NCBI GenBank assembly: GCA_030141605.1
Contig: JAQGDQ010000031.1
Span: 186,001 to 250,000, forward strand
From: Tubiluchus corallicola
Taxonomy: Eukaryota > Animalia > Priapulida
Direction of reading: 5' to 3'
Length of the DNA: 64,000 bases
Positions within the stretch are counted from its first letter, which is position 1; each line of letters starts with the position of its first letter. The notes below the pieces were generated by a model. That model saw only the letters and a list, made by a program, of their open reading frames with translations, did no database searches and was not told the origin of the DNA. Of this stretch, positions 12,158 through 44,300 are shown piece by piece. Both the position numbers and the translations under genes were made by a program.

Positions 12158-15016
12158 ATGCAACCATGTTTCTTAAAGGTGGCGACTCTAGCAGCAGCAC
12201 AGAACTTCCCAAGTTTCGGCGGAAGAAGTTCCTCTCAGCCATACAGTATAGGAAGTGCCAGTCCGGTTCAAGGTTTTCAGTCGTCCAACCCGCAATATGT
12301 GGTTCCTCGAGGAAGCAGGTCATTCGGAATTCAGCAACCAGGACAGTTTGGACAGACGCAGCAACAGCAGCAGCCTCAATTCACTGGAACGTTTGGCTTC
12401 TCCCAGCCAAATCAGCAAGTAGGACAAAGTCAATCTAGTCCATTTGCTGTACAAGGAGGACAACAAGCATTTCCATCCAGCCAATTGGGTGGTTCTCGGG
12501 CGTTTTCATTTCCACAAACCACCCAACAATTTCCACCTCAAGAGCAAGCATCCCAGTCCTTCGGAAGTCGACCACCCGGACAGTCATTCCAGGTGAACGT
12601 ACCAAAGTTGAATAACTTGCCCACACCTGATCTGAACTTCGGGAACAATCCTGGAGCAAATATCCGTTTTCCAGTCCACAGCTCACAACCACCCCAATTT
12701 AGCTTTCAGCAATCACAGGATCAAGGACGAGGTTTGTTCACACCATCAAGATCACAACAAGACCTGGCTAGTGGTCTGTTCACATCGTCAAGATCACAAC
12801 AAGATCAGTCCCGCGGTTCGTTCACACCTGCAAGATCAGGCGACCTTCCAGATTCTTTAGCAAGAAGCGTCCAGCCTCAGCTGTCTGATTTCACAGATTC
12901 ACAAAGCACAGTGGGGTAAGATATTTTTGATAATCTAATTTTAAGGTCTTCAAAAATAGATACATGATGATGTATGCTTGGGAAATTAAGCAACCATAAG
13001 CCCTGTTACTGAGAGAAAAGTTACCTTTAGGCATCTACTGCATTCCTTATACTATATTTCTTGTGCAATGTAGAGAGAGGACGTGTATGCATCTAAAAGT
13101 AGCTAAGACACGTCTGCTTGTCCAGTGTCTTACTTTAGATAATTAAACTTAATAATTGGCTGGATTCCATCCACAACCATCTACACATTTTTAGAGTATC
13201 CTAGAGTGATAGATCTTGGCTTGCAGAATGTCAAACTGTATAAAACTTCATCACTAACGTTGCACATCATCACCTTTACCATCACCATCATTATCATTAC
13301 CATAATCATAATCATCTTCTTTTTCACTATCGTCATCGTCATCATCATTGTACTGTAAGTAATTAGTATTGATAGTTTAATGAATGAGATGAAGAAAGAA
13401 AAGCAAATAGTTTACTGCCAAAACACAAGACTTTTTTGGTTCTCCGAGATTTCGGATTTTACAATTTTATTGGGAATTTTTGTCGTGTACATTTCCTAAA
13501 CCCGAGTATCCGCAAAATAATACAGCGTTGGCTCTAAGAAAAACTGTTTGTGTTTCCTTTTTCGTCCTAGATAAATACACCAAAGTTGAACATGTGGCTA
13601 TACGTACATATTTAACAATTAATAACTGATTTGTTTTCTAGGCAAGTTGGACAATTTTCACAGCCATCCGAATTCTCACAATTTGGAAGGGAACAACAGG
13701 TATCTCCATCTATCCAACAACAGTCAGTTGGTCGTGGTAGAGGACTATCTGTGTCTGCACCTGGACCAGTCTATGCTCAACAACCAGCAACTGGTCGTGG
13801 CAGGGGAGTATCTGTATTCACTCAACCAACACAAACGAGCAGTTTGGGTGCCTCGCCTGATTTTACTTCTGCCCTGCAACAAGGTCCAAGAAGTTTCCAA
13901 CACAATCTTGCCACAGGAAGAGCGTCCGACCAAGGTTTGTCCGACTTAAGGAGACTTCAGTCTGGCTTTGGAAACACAGGTGTGGGTATTGTCCAATACC
14001 CAACAACACCACCAACTACAACAACATCGGATAGGCCAGTTTCCTTCAAGATTAATGTCGGCAGTGACAGTGACCATATTCTTGATGACGACAGTGGGAC
14101 AAACTTATACAATCCGTGGACAAAATCGACACCAAAGCCGACTGCCTCGCCCGGTTCATTCTACAATCCTTTCACAACTAGGGTGCCAAGAATCCCAAAC
14201 AGGCTTTCTAGGACTGAGGAGCAACCGAAAAAACTGGTTCCTTTTAACCCTTACCGCAAATCTACGAGGGATGATGAAGACAAAAAGCAAGTTGATTCAG
14301 CGAAGAAACAGTTCGCGTTTTTCAATCCTTATGCGAAACCCAAACCAGAAGAAAAAACAGATCATGTCCTTGATGTCATCAAGCAACGTGCTTTTGCCCC
14401 CTTTAGACCATTTTCTCGACCAACCACAAGTACCACAACCACACCAACAACGACGACAACAACAAAACCAACTACGACCACTACTGTTTACAAACCTCCA
14501 AGAAGAATTGTGACCCAACGTCCTTTTGTTCGTCCTTCAGTTACAACACCAACACAACGTCCTTTCGTGACAGCAAGACCAGTTGCTAACAACCGAAGAG
14601 GATTCGTCTGGCCACAGACTACTAGAAGAGCCTTTGCAATTACGACGACATCACCTAGACGTTATGTTACCCAGCAAACGAAGGCCACGTCCCCAACTCC
14701 AACGCGCGTTACTTACAGGCCAAGCCCCTTGACGTTTCGACGATTCCTGTCAACAACAACAGCAACGACAACAACAGTAAGGCCGTCAACGACTGCGACA
14801 CGCCTTACAACCACAACCCAAGCTCGCCGTACAAGCACAGGCAATAATCTATTCGCATTTTTCGCTGGAACAAAACAAAAAGAAACGACCACAACCACTA
14901 CCTCCTCGCCCGGTTTTAGAACAACAACTAGAAAATCGTCCAGAAAATTTGCAGCTCCAACGATTTCAAAGAGTGATATTAACTGCGGTGCATACTGTAA
15001 ATACTTTCTTTCATAG
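12158..15016 (+). CDS. Uncharacterised, probably secreted Gln/Ser/Pro-rich + Thr/Arg-rich mucin-like protein, paralog B (~710 aa)
   Basis: Exons 12158-12915 and 13642-15016, joined by a phase-2 intron (GG|GTAAGA ... TTTTCTAG|G) in frame. N-terminus FLKVATLAAA-QN. Ends SDINCGAYCKYFLS*. AATAAA near 15386. Start uncertain. Confidence 0.85.
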
Positions 15017-16710
15017 TTGATTGACTAAGAATTTATCTTCTCGCAATATTTAGTACTTGCTGCTTGTTATGGACATAATTTCTTTAACCATAACTGAGGA
15101 CGGTACATACCAAATACGGAAGGTTAAAGAAGAAAATCACAGCTGCTACACGAGACAAAATACTCAGGTCATATACTACAGTCAAGAATTTTTACTGGCC
15201 TATGTTTGTGAATTTTATTATAACGTCAAAGTACCAATGATATCGACGCATTTAGCTGCTAGCTGTCCTCAAACGTGTATTTCTTTGTTTGTGTAATCTT
15301 CAATTTAATGTAAAATGTAGTTCGGTAATCTATGCACGTATTGTGCTTTTTGGTAGTCTACTCCTTATACTGTAATGTTGTCTTAATAAAATATAAATAA
15401 AATTCCCAATAATTTATACTCTGTGCTGATCGATTATTAAACCATAACTTTACAATTTATTTGAAAGACTTTTGAAATTAAAATCACTCTTCAGACAAAT
15501 TGATCAATATTATGTAACGCTACAACTTTCAATTTTATCTAAAAACTAAAAAATGAGCGTATTCAAGACTCATTTCTAAAGTAGTAATTTATAAAGCATA
15601 GACATCTGCTATAGTTCAATAAGTTCGACTTTAATTGCTGATCGAGGGATTCATTGAACTCAAGAGAGTGGATTAGAAATCTGAATCCTTGATGAGAAAT
15701 TTGAACTAGTACGTTCCTGCGCAGTTTAACCAGCATGATTATCGAAATGATGGTGCCTGGAAAATGACTTCAATGCCGTCATCTTGAATTCAAGATAGCA
15801 AATCGAAAAACCCCGACTTCCGTCAGTCGACGAAGACTTCATTTTTGTATATTCGCGTGAACTTTCATGACGATCCATCCCGACTCAGGGAGTATTTTTT
15901 AAAAAGTCGTAACAACAACAACAACAACATTCAGATGAGTATTGATTTGGGTCGAACCCAAACGGCAAGAGTTATCGTTCTGTCTGCATCCAGTACTGTT
16001 GCAATTTTCAAATTTCCGGAATAGATAATGAATCAAGAATATTATTTTTTGCTAAAGATTATATATGGTGCTACTGACTGACTAAAGATTACCTAATGTG
16101 TCATGAGTGCAGAATTTTTAAAAGGCTGCTTGAAAGTATTGTTACTATATCTTTCATCCACGGCTGAAAGTGCAAATGATCTTTGGAGAAAGCTAAAATC
16201 AATAGTTGAACAAATCCTATAATCCAAATATAGCGGGTTATATCTGACTTTTCAATATACGCTGGCATACATGTACGTGATGTATTTCGCAGCTAAATGC
16301 AAACAGACTTTCAGGGCAGATTTACTCTGTTTCAGTTAATAATATGAAACAATTGAAAATTTAAAGTACATGACAATTGCCAATAATAGAATTTAATATG
16401 GTAATTATAATGAAAAACTTGTCACGAATCTCAAGGTTAATGAAAAGCACACATAAAGCTGCTACTGTGCTAATTTGCACAGTTTTTTCTGCTGACATTA
16501 AGATTAGATATAGCGCGGTAGTTGTACATGTCATTCATTGCTACTATAACATATCTGCTCGATATATTATCGTCCGGACAGTTAGTTTTATTAAACAAAT
16601 ACCAAAGTCTAACCCCAACCTAAGCCTCGACCACAACGGGCGTGGGACAGCACACGGCGGAAGCGCACATTTTATTAGATCGCTCAGAAAAGTGTTAGTT
16701 ATTCCAAAAA

Positions 16711-22120
<5,410 letters not shown>

Positions 22121-23727
22121 TGAAAAACATGCCGTGTTTGTAAATTGGGCGTAATAAGACACCCACGCCCAATCGTAAATAAACATGACTACCAGAAATC
22201 ATTAAATTTACACATATTGATAAGTACACGAGACTGGGGCTGAAGGGGTGTCGCCTCCGCCAACCCCCCTCACCCAGGCGCCAGGGTATATTTTCAGGCA
22301 AACAGTTCTTTTCAAACGTCAAACTTTAAGATTTCAAACTGCAGAAGTCACTTGTATGCAACATCACCATTTTACTGGCTACTACTTAAACATTTCTTCT
22401 ACAGCAAATTGTTTTTTAAAATTTTTGTACTGATAATAATAACTGTTATGAATTTTGGTTCACTAAAACAGTGTAGCTTCTTTTTCACTTTTAAAGTAAG
22501 TGTTCATAAAAGTACAGGAAAGAGCTAGACTGTCGCCATTATATTTTTTTATTTTCTAGTACAGCAGAAAAAGCATGTTGCAAGTATTTGCATGTTTTCT
22601 TCAGTAAAAACATATATCTTTAAATTAAGTCTTTTTAGAATTATGATTGTTTTAGTAAAACTTAATAATATAATTTCCCTATAATATACATGTGCAAGTA
22701 CGCAAATATAAGTACACATAAATATATTTTTTGTCATGACATTTTTGTTATGGTATGTCCTATAAAGGGTGTCTTTTCATTTATTTTCTTACTGCAACTT
22801 GGTTGCTATGGTGACGACGGTAACACTAGAAATGTGGCACGAGGTCCTTCGATTACCAACTGAAGTGCAGCATGAATTCAGAGTACCGGTTTCCGCTATA
22901 TTTGGTTACCTTCTTCAAGCCACACACCAGTGTCCACCAAATTCATTTATAGCCCAGTTCTCAATGTTTTGTAACTGCTGTTCCTTTCCCTGTTCATGCA
23001 ATAGTTTGTTATCACGAGTTTTATGGTTTTTGCACTTGTCCACGTGAAAAACTGTTGCATGTTCTTTAAGTTTGCAACGCCAGTAATAAACAAAAAAACA
23101 AATTTATATTAACCTTTTTAGAGTCTTAATTTCAAGATTGTTAAATAGCGATAGAACAAACCAACAATTAAATTTTGAAACCGAATTTAGTGGAAAGTAA
23201 GGGAATGCGCAAAAGCCGGGAATGACTTGGATTTGATCCAGGGGCCTTCGGAGTACAAGTCCAATGGTTCTGGCTACTAGGCCAGAGAGGCCATTGCAAT
23301 CAAAGAGCCTTAATTTAATTCTGATAGCTTGCCAACAAACATGTGATAATTAGACACGATAGCATAATTACAAAGTGGATTAATTTTTTAATGAAAGTGG
23401 CCAAACATAATCTGTAGCAAGTTAGTTGTAATTTTTCCTTTAATAATATTAATTTCAAGATTATCAATTACTGATCAAATGAAACGTCAATTATTTAATT
23501 TCATGTCAATGTAGTTTGTGCTGCCGACCATCAGGCTATGCGTTTACCGCCAGTTAATCAGAATTTCCATTTCAAGAAAGTTAATTGAGGATAAAAATGG
23601 GCATGAAAGAACAAAGCGGAGAACGAAAATAGTGAAAAATGAGAAAGAAAAATAAGCACGTTATAGTAAAACATTTTAAACACAAAAGCGTGGAAAGAAC
23701 GAGAATAAGGGAAACAGAGAATGAGCA

Positions 23728-23790
<63 letters not shown>

Positions 23791-23807
23791 AAGAAAGAGA
23801 GAGAGAG

Positions 23808-23838
<31 letters not shown>

Positions 23839-23839
23839 G

Positions 23840-23874
<35 letters not shown>

Positions 23875-23903
23875 GAAAGAGAGAGAGAGAAAGAGAGAGA
23901 GAG

Positions 23904-23966
<63 letters not shown>
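23728..23966. repeat. (GA)n/(GAAA)n microsatellite
   Basis: Directly visible. It produces the spurious ER-repeat ORFs. Confidence 0.95.
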
Positions 23967-23969
<3 letters not shown>

Positions 23970-24079
23970 GGAGAAGAAGGAGGACAGCCAGTGTTCCTCA
24001 GTAATTTGTTTTATGTTAATTTATTACATATATAACTTTTTGCTACAACTTATGCAGTATACCTCTCAGACAAGTCGAG

Positions 24080-25600
24080 TTCTGGTAATCAAGCTTAATA
24101 CTTTGGTATTTGCATTAATATTCGTAGCCTAAAAGCTAATTTTGTTTATTTAAATGCATATTTAGAATCATTAACTATAAGTTTTTCAATTATTGCCTTA
24201 TCAGAAACATGGCTCCAAGATGATTCAGGAGTAACCATTTCCCTGCCTGGATATGAATTTGAATGTATAAATCGTAAACACAAATCTAGTGGCAGAGTCG
24301 GCTTACCTTATACAGTGAGAAAAGACCTGTGCCACATCAATGATCCAGATGTAGAATCACTTTTCATTGATCTACGCAGAAAGATTAAAAATATAATAAT
24401 GGGAGTAATATATAGGCCACCTGGTGAAAATCCTAATTATTTTACAGACAAAATACAGAACACTATGGCAATCGTCATAAATCTGCAAAAAAATCCTGAA
24501 TCACTACAGCCATTTTAGAAAGTGTTAGACGAAAAAATAAAATGTATCGTTTCATTGGTGAACAAGACAAGTAATAACATATCTGAAGAATACAAACGAT
24601 ATAGAAATGAACTTAATACAGTTATAAAATTACAGTTACAGTATTATAGGATAGGTTAATAAAGACATATAATCCGATATAATGAAAAAAAATTATGCTT
24701 AAACCCATTACGTTTGGTCATAAAGAATAAATTAACTAAAAATAACGTAGAAGCGGAATATACTTTTGCAGATTACTTTAGCAATATTGGACCAATATTA
24801 TTAAATCAAATTGAAAAAATTAACATAAATCCATGCATATACCTTAAAGGCACTTACCGGAGAGCTTTTTTGTTAGTGCTGTAACAGAAAATGATATAAT
24901 AAATACTTGCAAATCGTTTAATCAGAATAAAGATCCTGGAAAGGACAAAATGTTGCCTAAAGTCGTAATAGACACCATCGCTAACATTTTTAAACCTTTG
25001 CAATATATATTTAATTTATTTTTTCTTTTAGGTGAAATACCGCTGAAATTGAAAGAATCCATTATTGCCCCTTTGTTTAAATCAAAAGAACCCATGCTTC
25101 TGAACGATGATAGACCAGTGTCTTTATTGCCTTTTATATCAAAAATATTAGAAAAAGTTTTTTTACAATCAGTTACCTCTTATTTAATAAAAAAGAATTC
25201 TGAGTAATAAACAATTTGGTTTCAGTAAAGGTAGCTCACTGAAATGGCCTTAACAAAAATTATAGAAAATATCATTAATACTGTTGACAAAAATGGCACA
25301 TCCTACAGAGTATTTTGCGACCTATCAAAAGTATTTGACACAGTATACCATTCTGCTGAATAATTTATACTATTACGGTATAAGAGGTTTGCCTCATATG
25401 TGGCTAAAAAATTATTTAACAGGGAACACTCAGACAGCAAGTATAATAACGTTTTTTTCAGATGTGGCATCGATCAAATGTGGGCTCAATCCTTGGGCCG
25501 CTACCTTTTCGAGTTTATACTAATGACATCAAATTTTGTGATGAAAATCATAATTTATTTCAGTTTGCTGATGATACAAGCATCTTTTTTAGCTTTCATA
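24080..25600 (+). mobile_element. Degenerate non-LTR retrotransposon (LINE; APE endonuclease + reverse transcriptase relic)
   Basis: Broken frames carry endonuclease motifs (NIRSL, IIALSETWL, GVIYRPP) and RT motifs (RPVSLLPFISKILEKV, QFGF, DLSKVFDTV, YGIRG, GSILGP, FADDT). Many stops, frameshifts and deletions. Confidence 0.9.
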
Positions 25601-25618
25601 ATTTAGAAAACAACAATA

Positions 25619-25623
25619 TATGT

Positions 25624-25693
<70 letters not shown>

Positions 25694-25709
25694 GCGTGTG
25701 CGTGTGTGT
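25619..25709. repeat. (TG)n/(TGCG)n microsatellite
   Basis: Directly visible; it abuts the 3' break of the LINE relic. Confidence 0.95.
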
Positions 25710-26345
25710 ATAAACCAATGACAATATTATATTTCCAACTTTTTTTGAAAATCCTTGCTCTATTCTGTGAATTTTTTTTTTGATTTAGTTGGTTTTGTGA
25801 GTGGCACACACTGTTCACCCGCTACTAAACATGCGTCAATAATTTTGCGGCATTACGAATCAATAAAACATTTGCAAGTGCAATTGTTAACATCTCTATA
25901 ATTTAGCACTTTTTTACCTCTGATCATTTTAAGCTCATTGTCTAGATGTCTTTTATAGCTAGTAGAAAGTATAGTAATTGCATAAGTTGTCTAAAATGTA
26001 AAACAAAAACTAGAGTAGATAAATGGAGCGCTTTTAGTAGCATAATTCCAAAATCTACTGACCTGGGATTATTATCTTTATTATTAAGCCAATATTAAAC
26101 ACTAAAGGTTGATGGCGTATCTATCAAAGGGAGCAGAAATAAGATCTTAACTTTGACATTTGGCTTCTTAAAAACAATGGCTCCACGGAACCTGCTTCAT
26201 ATGAGGCTGCCTCGCCTGCGTTTCTTTTTCAAAACGTTTTAGTCCATGGCTGGCCCCTAACAGTAAAAAAAACAGGATCCCCTGAATGGTAATGGCTGAT
26301 AATCTGTAATCAACACATATAAGTCTACGTATTGCTTTTTATCTG

Positions 26346-26354
26346 TATATAAAA
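26346..26354 (+). promoter_or_regulatory. Candidate TATA box of the GH1 gene
   Basis: TATATAAAA about 40 nt upstream of the ATG at 26389. Only the position and consensus support it, and the background is AT-rich. Confidence 0.4.
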
Positions 26355-26388
26355 CTCTCTATGTATTTCAAACTTGTATGTTAACAAC

Positions 26389-39635
<13,247 letters not shown>

Positions 39636-41366
39636 TGGCTGTACCTCCTCAATTAACTGCAAAGTACACTACGTACTTAGTGATATATTAATGTATAAAT
39701 AAATGTGAAACGTTGAGACCATCGCAAATTGTGTGTGTGGTTATTTTGGCAAAGAAAAGCAGGAAACTGCCCAGTTTCAAAAGGCATTAGTAACAGAATG
39801 ACGAGCTTGGCAACTTTGGGTCAGTGCAAATGACAAAAACGTTTTGAAATTAGCACATTTAAACGAGATGTGTTGCAAGGAAAACATTGGGCCGGTAAAT
39901 ACATGAATATTACTCAGTTTTAACATGATTTTATGTATTATTACAAATACAGGTGAATTGATATACAAGTTTCAGCTTTCACTTTTGTTTGCAACAAGTA
40001 TGTGAAACTGTAATTCCAAAATTCTTTAACTCGAATCCCTGTAGATTACAAGACAATACCAATGTATTAACAAAAGTAACAGTTTCTTTTGAAAGCGTAG
40101 ACAAATTTGAAAGATATAAATGATACATACGTACAAACCATTCATTTACATTAAACGTGTAAAGCAATAATTACTAAAGTACGTTTTCAGATATAAAACA
40201 ATGCTGATTTGACGTTAATTACAAAATGTAATTGTATAGTTTTACTTCAGAAAGCTACCATAGCCGAACTTTCACTGAGCTTAAAAATGCACTTATAACA
40301 GAAAACTAGTGCTTAACACTTACACAAACAATGCCATTAGGACATAGAGGCTTTCCTCCTGCACAGAGGCTGGGAAAGCAAACATTCAACACAATTTGGT
40401 TGCTGTAATGACAGAGACGTTTCCAACAGAAATTAGTACCACTGAAATACTTTACTGCAACAAAAAGCAGCACAAAAATGTCCCATATAAATGGATTAAC
40501 TTGAATGTTTGTGGCACAGGTAAAGAAGAGACAAATGACACACAGGTTAACTAACTGAAAGTTGGCTTGAAAGTAAAAAGTTTACATTACTGCCACAGAT
40601 GGCAGTAATGTAACACAAATTTACTACATAAATAAATAACAAAAAACAGCAGCTATTTATCATGCTTACGTGGTAACAACTGTACAATGTGCAACTGAAA
40701 AAACAGGTATAATGATTAATCGTTTATATAAGGAAGTTAACATTATGGATGGCATCCATTTAACACACAGAAACATAATGATTTTCTAAGATTTGATAAT
40801 TAAAGATTTCATTAACTTAACAGCAATAGATGCAAAACAATTATGTTTCATGGATGTCAGCAAAAGTGCATTCATAGGAGAATATTTCCAGGAAACCAAT
40901 ATTAAAATATATTCAAATTTATAGCTTAGAATTTCAAACAATATATCATACTTCTTTGTTTACCATATTACGTAGATGTTAGGTCAAATAGTCGGCCAAC
41001 AAAACTAGATGAAAAATTTGCAGAAATCTCAAAAATTGCCTCCATTAGAAAACGCATCAAGCAGCTGGACACAGCATGAACAGTGGCATCACGAACCAAG
41101 ACGACCCTGAGGTGCCACAACTCACTGGATTCCCTATCGGGCCACGGCCCAGAGGTGGCATAACACGCGGGATTCCCTACCAGGCCACTGTACCAGCATG
41201 AAGAATCTATAAATCCTTGTCTGAAGATCTGTTACATTCACTACCAATCAAAAAATCCATCTTAATTTGGGCAGCCTAGGGTAAATGCAATCTGATCCTC
41301 ACTACCGTCGAGCACAAGAGTGACAGTTACACATTACAATATCCGTTTCCATTCATATTCCATTTC

Positions 41367-44300
41367 TTATTGTTGTTTGCATTCGTCTCTTCTGTACATT
41401 TTATTGTCATGCATGCTGACCACTCTCCTCTGCACTTTGCCACCTCTTTTCTGAAATTCTGTTTTTTCTTCTGTGCCTAGATCCAGAAAAAACGTGTTAG
41501 GCTAAAAACACCATATTTTCATTCGGCGTGGTAATTTCAATCTCGCACATTATTATAGCAAAATCTGGATACAAAAATGAGAACTAACGCTGCTCTCAAA
41601 GTATTAATTTAATTATTAAAATTTTATGTCATAAGTTTTGCTCATTTACATGAAATGTGACAGCAAATCAGAATACTGCAAGACAAAACCAATGATCTTA
41701 CTTTCAAATGCCTCTCAATGGCTAGGTTTCTCACTTATTGCACACAGGTATTAGAACTCACTTAATAAACTCAGAACTGCTTTCACTTTACAGCTACTGT
41801 TTAAAGATGTTTTGAATCATAAGTACGTACCTTTAAAAATTAATAAAGATAGAATAAATTTCAATTAGACTTCTCTGCAGTGCAATGTACGAAGGATTGT
41901 AAGTCTTATATTTTAATTATTACACGTAGCTGCAATTGCATAATATGTATTATTTTACTGGGCAAAGCTACTAAAACAATTGCAGTTTCACTTTAAGAAT
42001 AAGCTTAAAGAGGCCCACCGTGCCAGAGAAAGGCAGAGTTTAGCTCGATCTTTCAAATAATATGCTTCCTTCTTATGGAGAAGAAATACATACAAGATGG
42101 CTATGTCTGTCACAACCAGAATAAGCACTGCCTTAATAATGAAGTTGTAAAAATCATAGAAAAATCTATTATGCCACATATTTTATGACTCATTTGGCAA
42201 TATCTGCTATGGCTCAAGGACAAAATTCCCCTATTACTTAAAGAACTAATTATTTTTATTTTATCATTTGTACTGCAAAACTACAATAATTGACAAGTCC
42301 TCATTACCTCAATTGAAAAACCACTTCAAGACGAACTAAATTAATCAGACCGTAGGCATCTCAAAACTGTATGCAAGAAACAATAAATAACAACAGAAGA
42401 AATGGTTTCTGATACATACGGGATGTTGTTTCTGATGAGATGTCTGATGAATCAGTTGAAGTAATGATGGTATCGGGCATCGTTTCGTCAAATGAAACTT
42501 TCTTGGTTTTTTTACTTGACTTCTCTGTTACATCTGTGTCTGTAGAGAAGTGGAAAACAATATAGAAATACACAAAAATATCACAAGTGATAACATTAAC
42601 TTCAAAATAAAAACTAGTTAAACTGAAAGCACTGTGAATTAGATCATTTCAGAAGTTCGCAATTCTGTATTCTTTTTTTAAAGATATAATTAATTTAGGA
42701 ATTTAGTTATTTTAAAAACTAAACTTAAACGCACAAGTTTATAAAGCCTTGTGCTTGTTCTCAGTAGGTGTCACCACATAATGCATACTACAAATGATCT
42801 CTGTAGACATGACCACATATACAATTACTAGCACCGTTTACAAGTAGGTTTCGCTACCCACTAAAATTCCTGTTGAATAAGATTGTTGCAGGTCTAAAAC
42901 ACCCAAGGATTAAAATTACGTAGATCTCTAGGTTCATGTTTAACACTTCTTACTGAGGTAGTACTGTGCAACTAAAACAGATATTCCTCGATAACCAAGA
43001 CATTGTCAAAGCGAAGACTCATTAAACAAGAACGAAACATTACCTATGTAAGTGATTTGTGCTTGTAATGCAATTTACTTACCTTTTCTATCTGATGGTT
43101 CATCGGCTTTACGTTTTTCCGGAACTAGTTTAGTGGATTTCGAAGGCGGATTAGTTTCTTTTAACACAAAAACATCTGCTAACTCAACTGATGCTGGTGG
43201 AATTTTTTCAGTTATACCCCGATTTGGCACTTTAGCCTCTGTCTTAGCTGTAAAAATTCAATAGTGGGTTACATAGAACACAGCAAGGAAACGAAAAATT
43301 TACCCCATCTTTAGCACTTTCACTGGGGTTGTTGCAGAAATTTTTGTGTTTGTGTTTCAATGGTAAAAACTACAGTGAGTCAATAAAAATTTCAATTTAC
43401 GTTAATTTAAATTTGCTAAATTTATTAATTTGTAGAATTTAATGTACTTTAGTTAAGGATCCGTACCAATTAATAATGCAAAGACCAGTTTCGAAAGTTT
43501 CCAATATGCTTCTGATTGTTCGGCTATATTTATGTACATAATGATAGCAAAATATTCATTATAAATTATAAAATGAAATATTTTTGAATTATAAATGAAA
43601 GAAATTAGCTGGTAATTAAAGATACCATTAATTAGCTTATGACTATGAATGCCAGAATGTAGACAAACAAAGAAGGAAATTGTGTTCTACAGGACAGAGC
43701 AGGTCCTAGATTTCCTCCTTGCACATAATCCAATAGCGCAACCTGTAAACATGCCATAGTAGCAAATCGTGGACCTGCTCTGTCATATTGAACTGGTAGC
43801 GACTAGTCCACAAGTTTTCACCGTCTCCTTTCTTTCAACTCATTAGCCACAATGGGAATAATAGTTATAAAATAAACTGCAATGATTTATTAACATTCTG
43901 TTATTCACAGCCATAATCTAATTAAAATGAAAAATGGCATTTGTTGCAAGTTGGCATTTTTCTCCATTTTTGCTTCGGTCTACAAACTGTTCACAACAGT
44001 GAATTAAAAAATCTTGCTCTAAACGGACATAAATCTATACCTATGTTTGCCAAAAAGCATTTTTACTAATTTCTTGTTAGATTTAAATACAATCTGAAAT
44101 GCAAACTCACCAAAAGGTGACGACATATTGTCCTCTTTAGCGCATTGAAGCTTAGCAGTCAGTTGCAAAATTTCAGAACGTAATCGTGAATTTATGCACT
44201 CTGATTCGTACAGACGACTCTCGCATTCAAACAGTTTTTTACTCTCCACAAGCTTCTCAGAGGACTTTGACTTCAGTTGACTTTCTAATTCTTGCTTTTC

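Noticed and set aside
8453-14898. Numerous overlapping alternative-frame and antisense ORFs within paralogs A and B
   Set aside because: They are shadows of stop-poor low-complexity codons (ACA/CAA/CCA runs).
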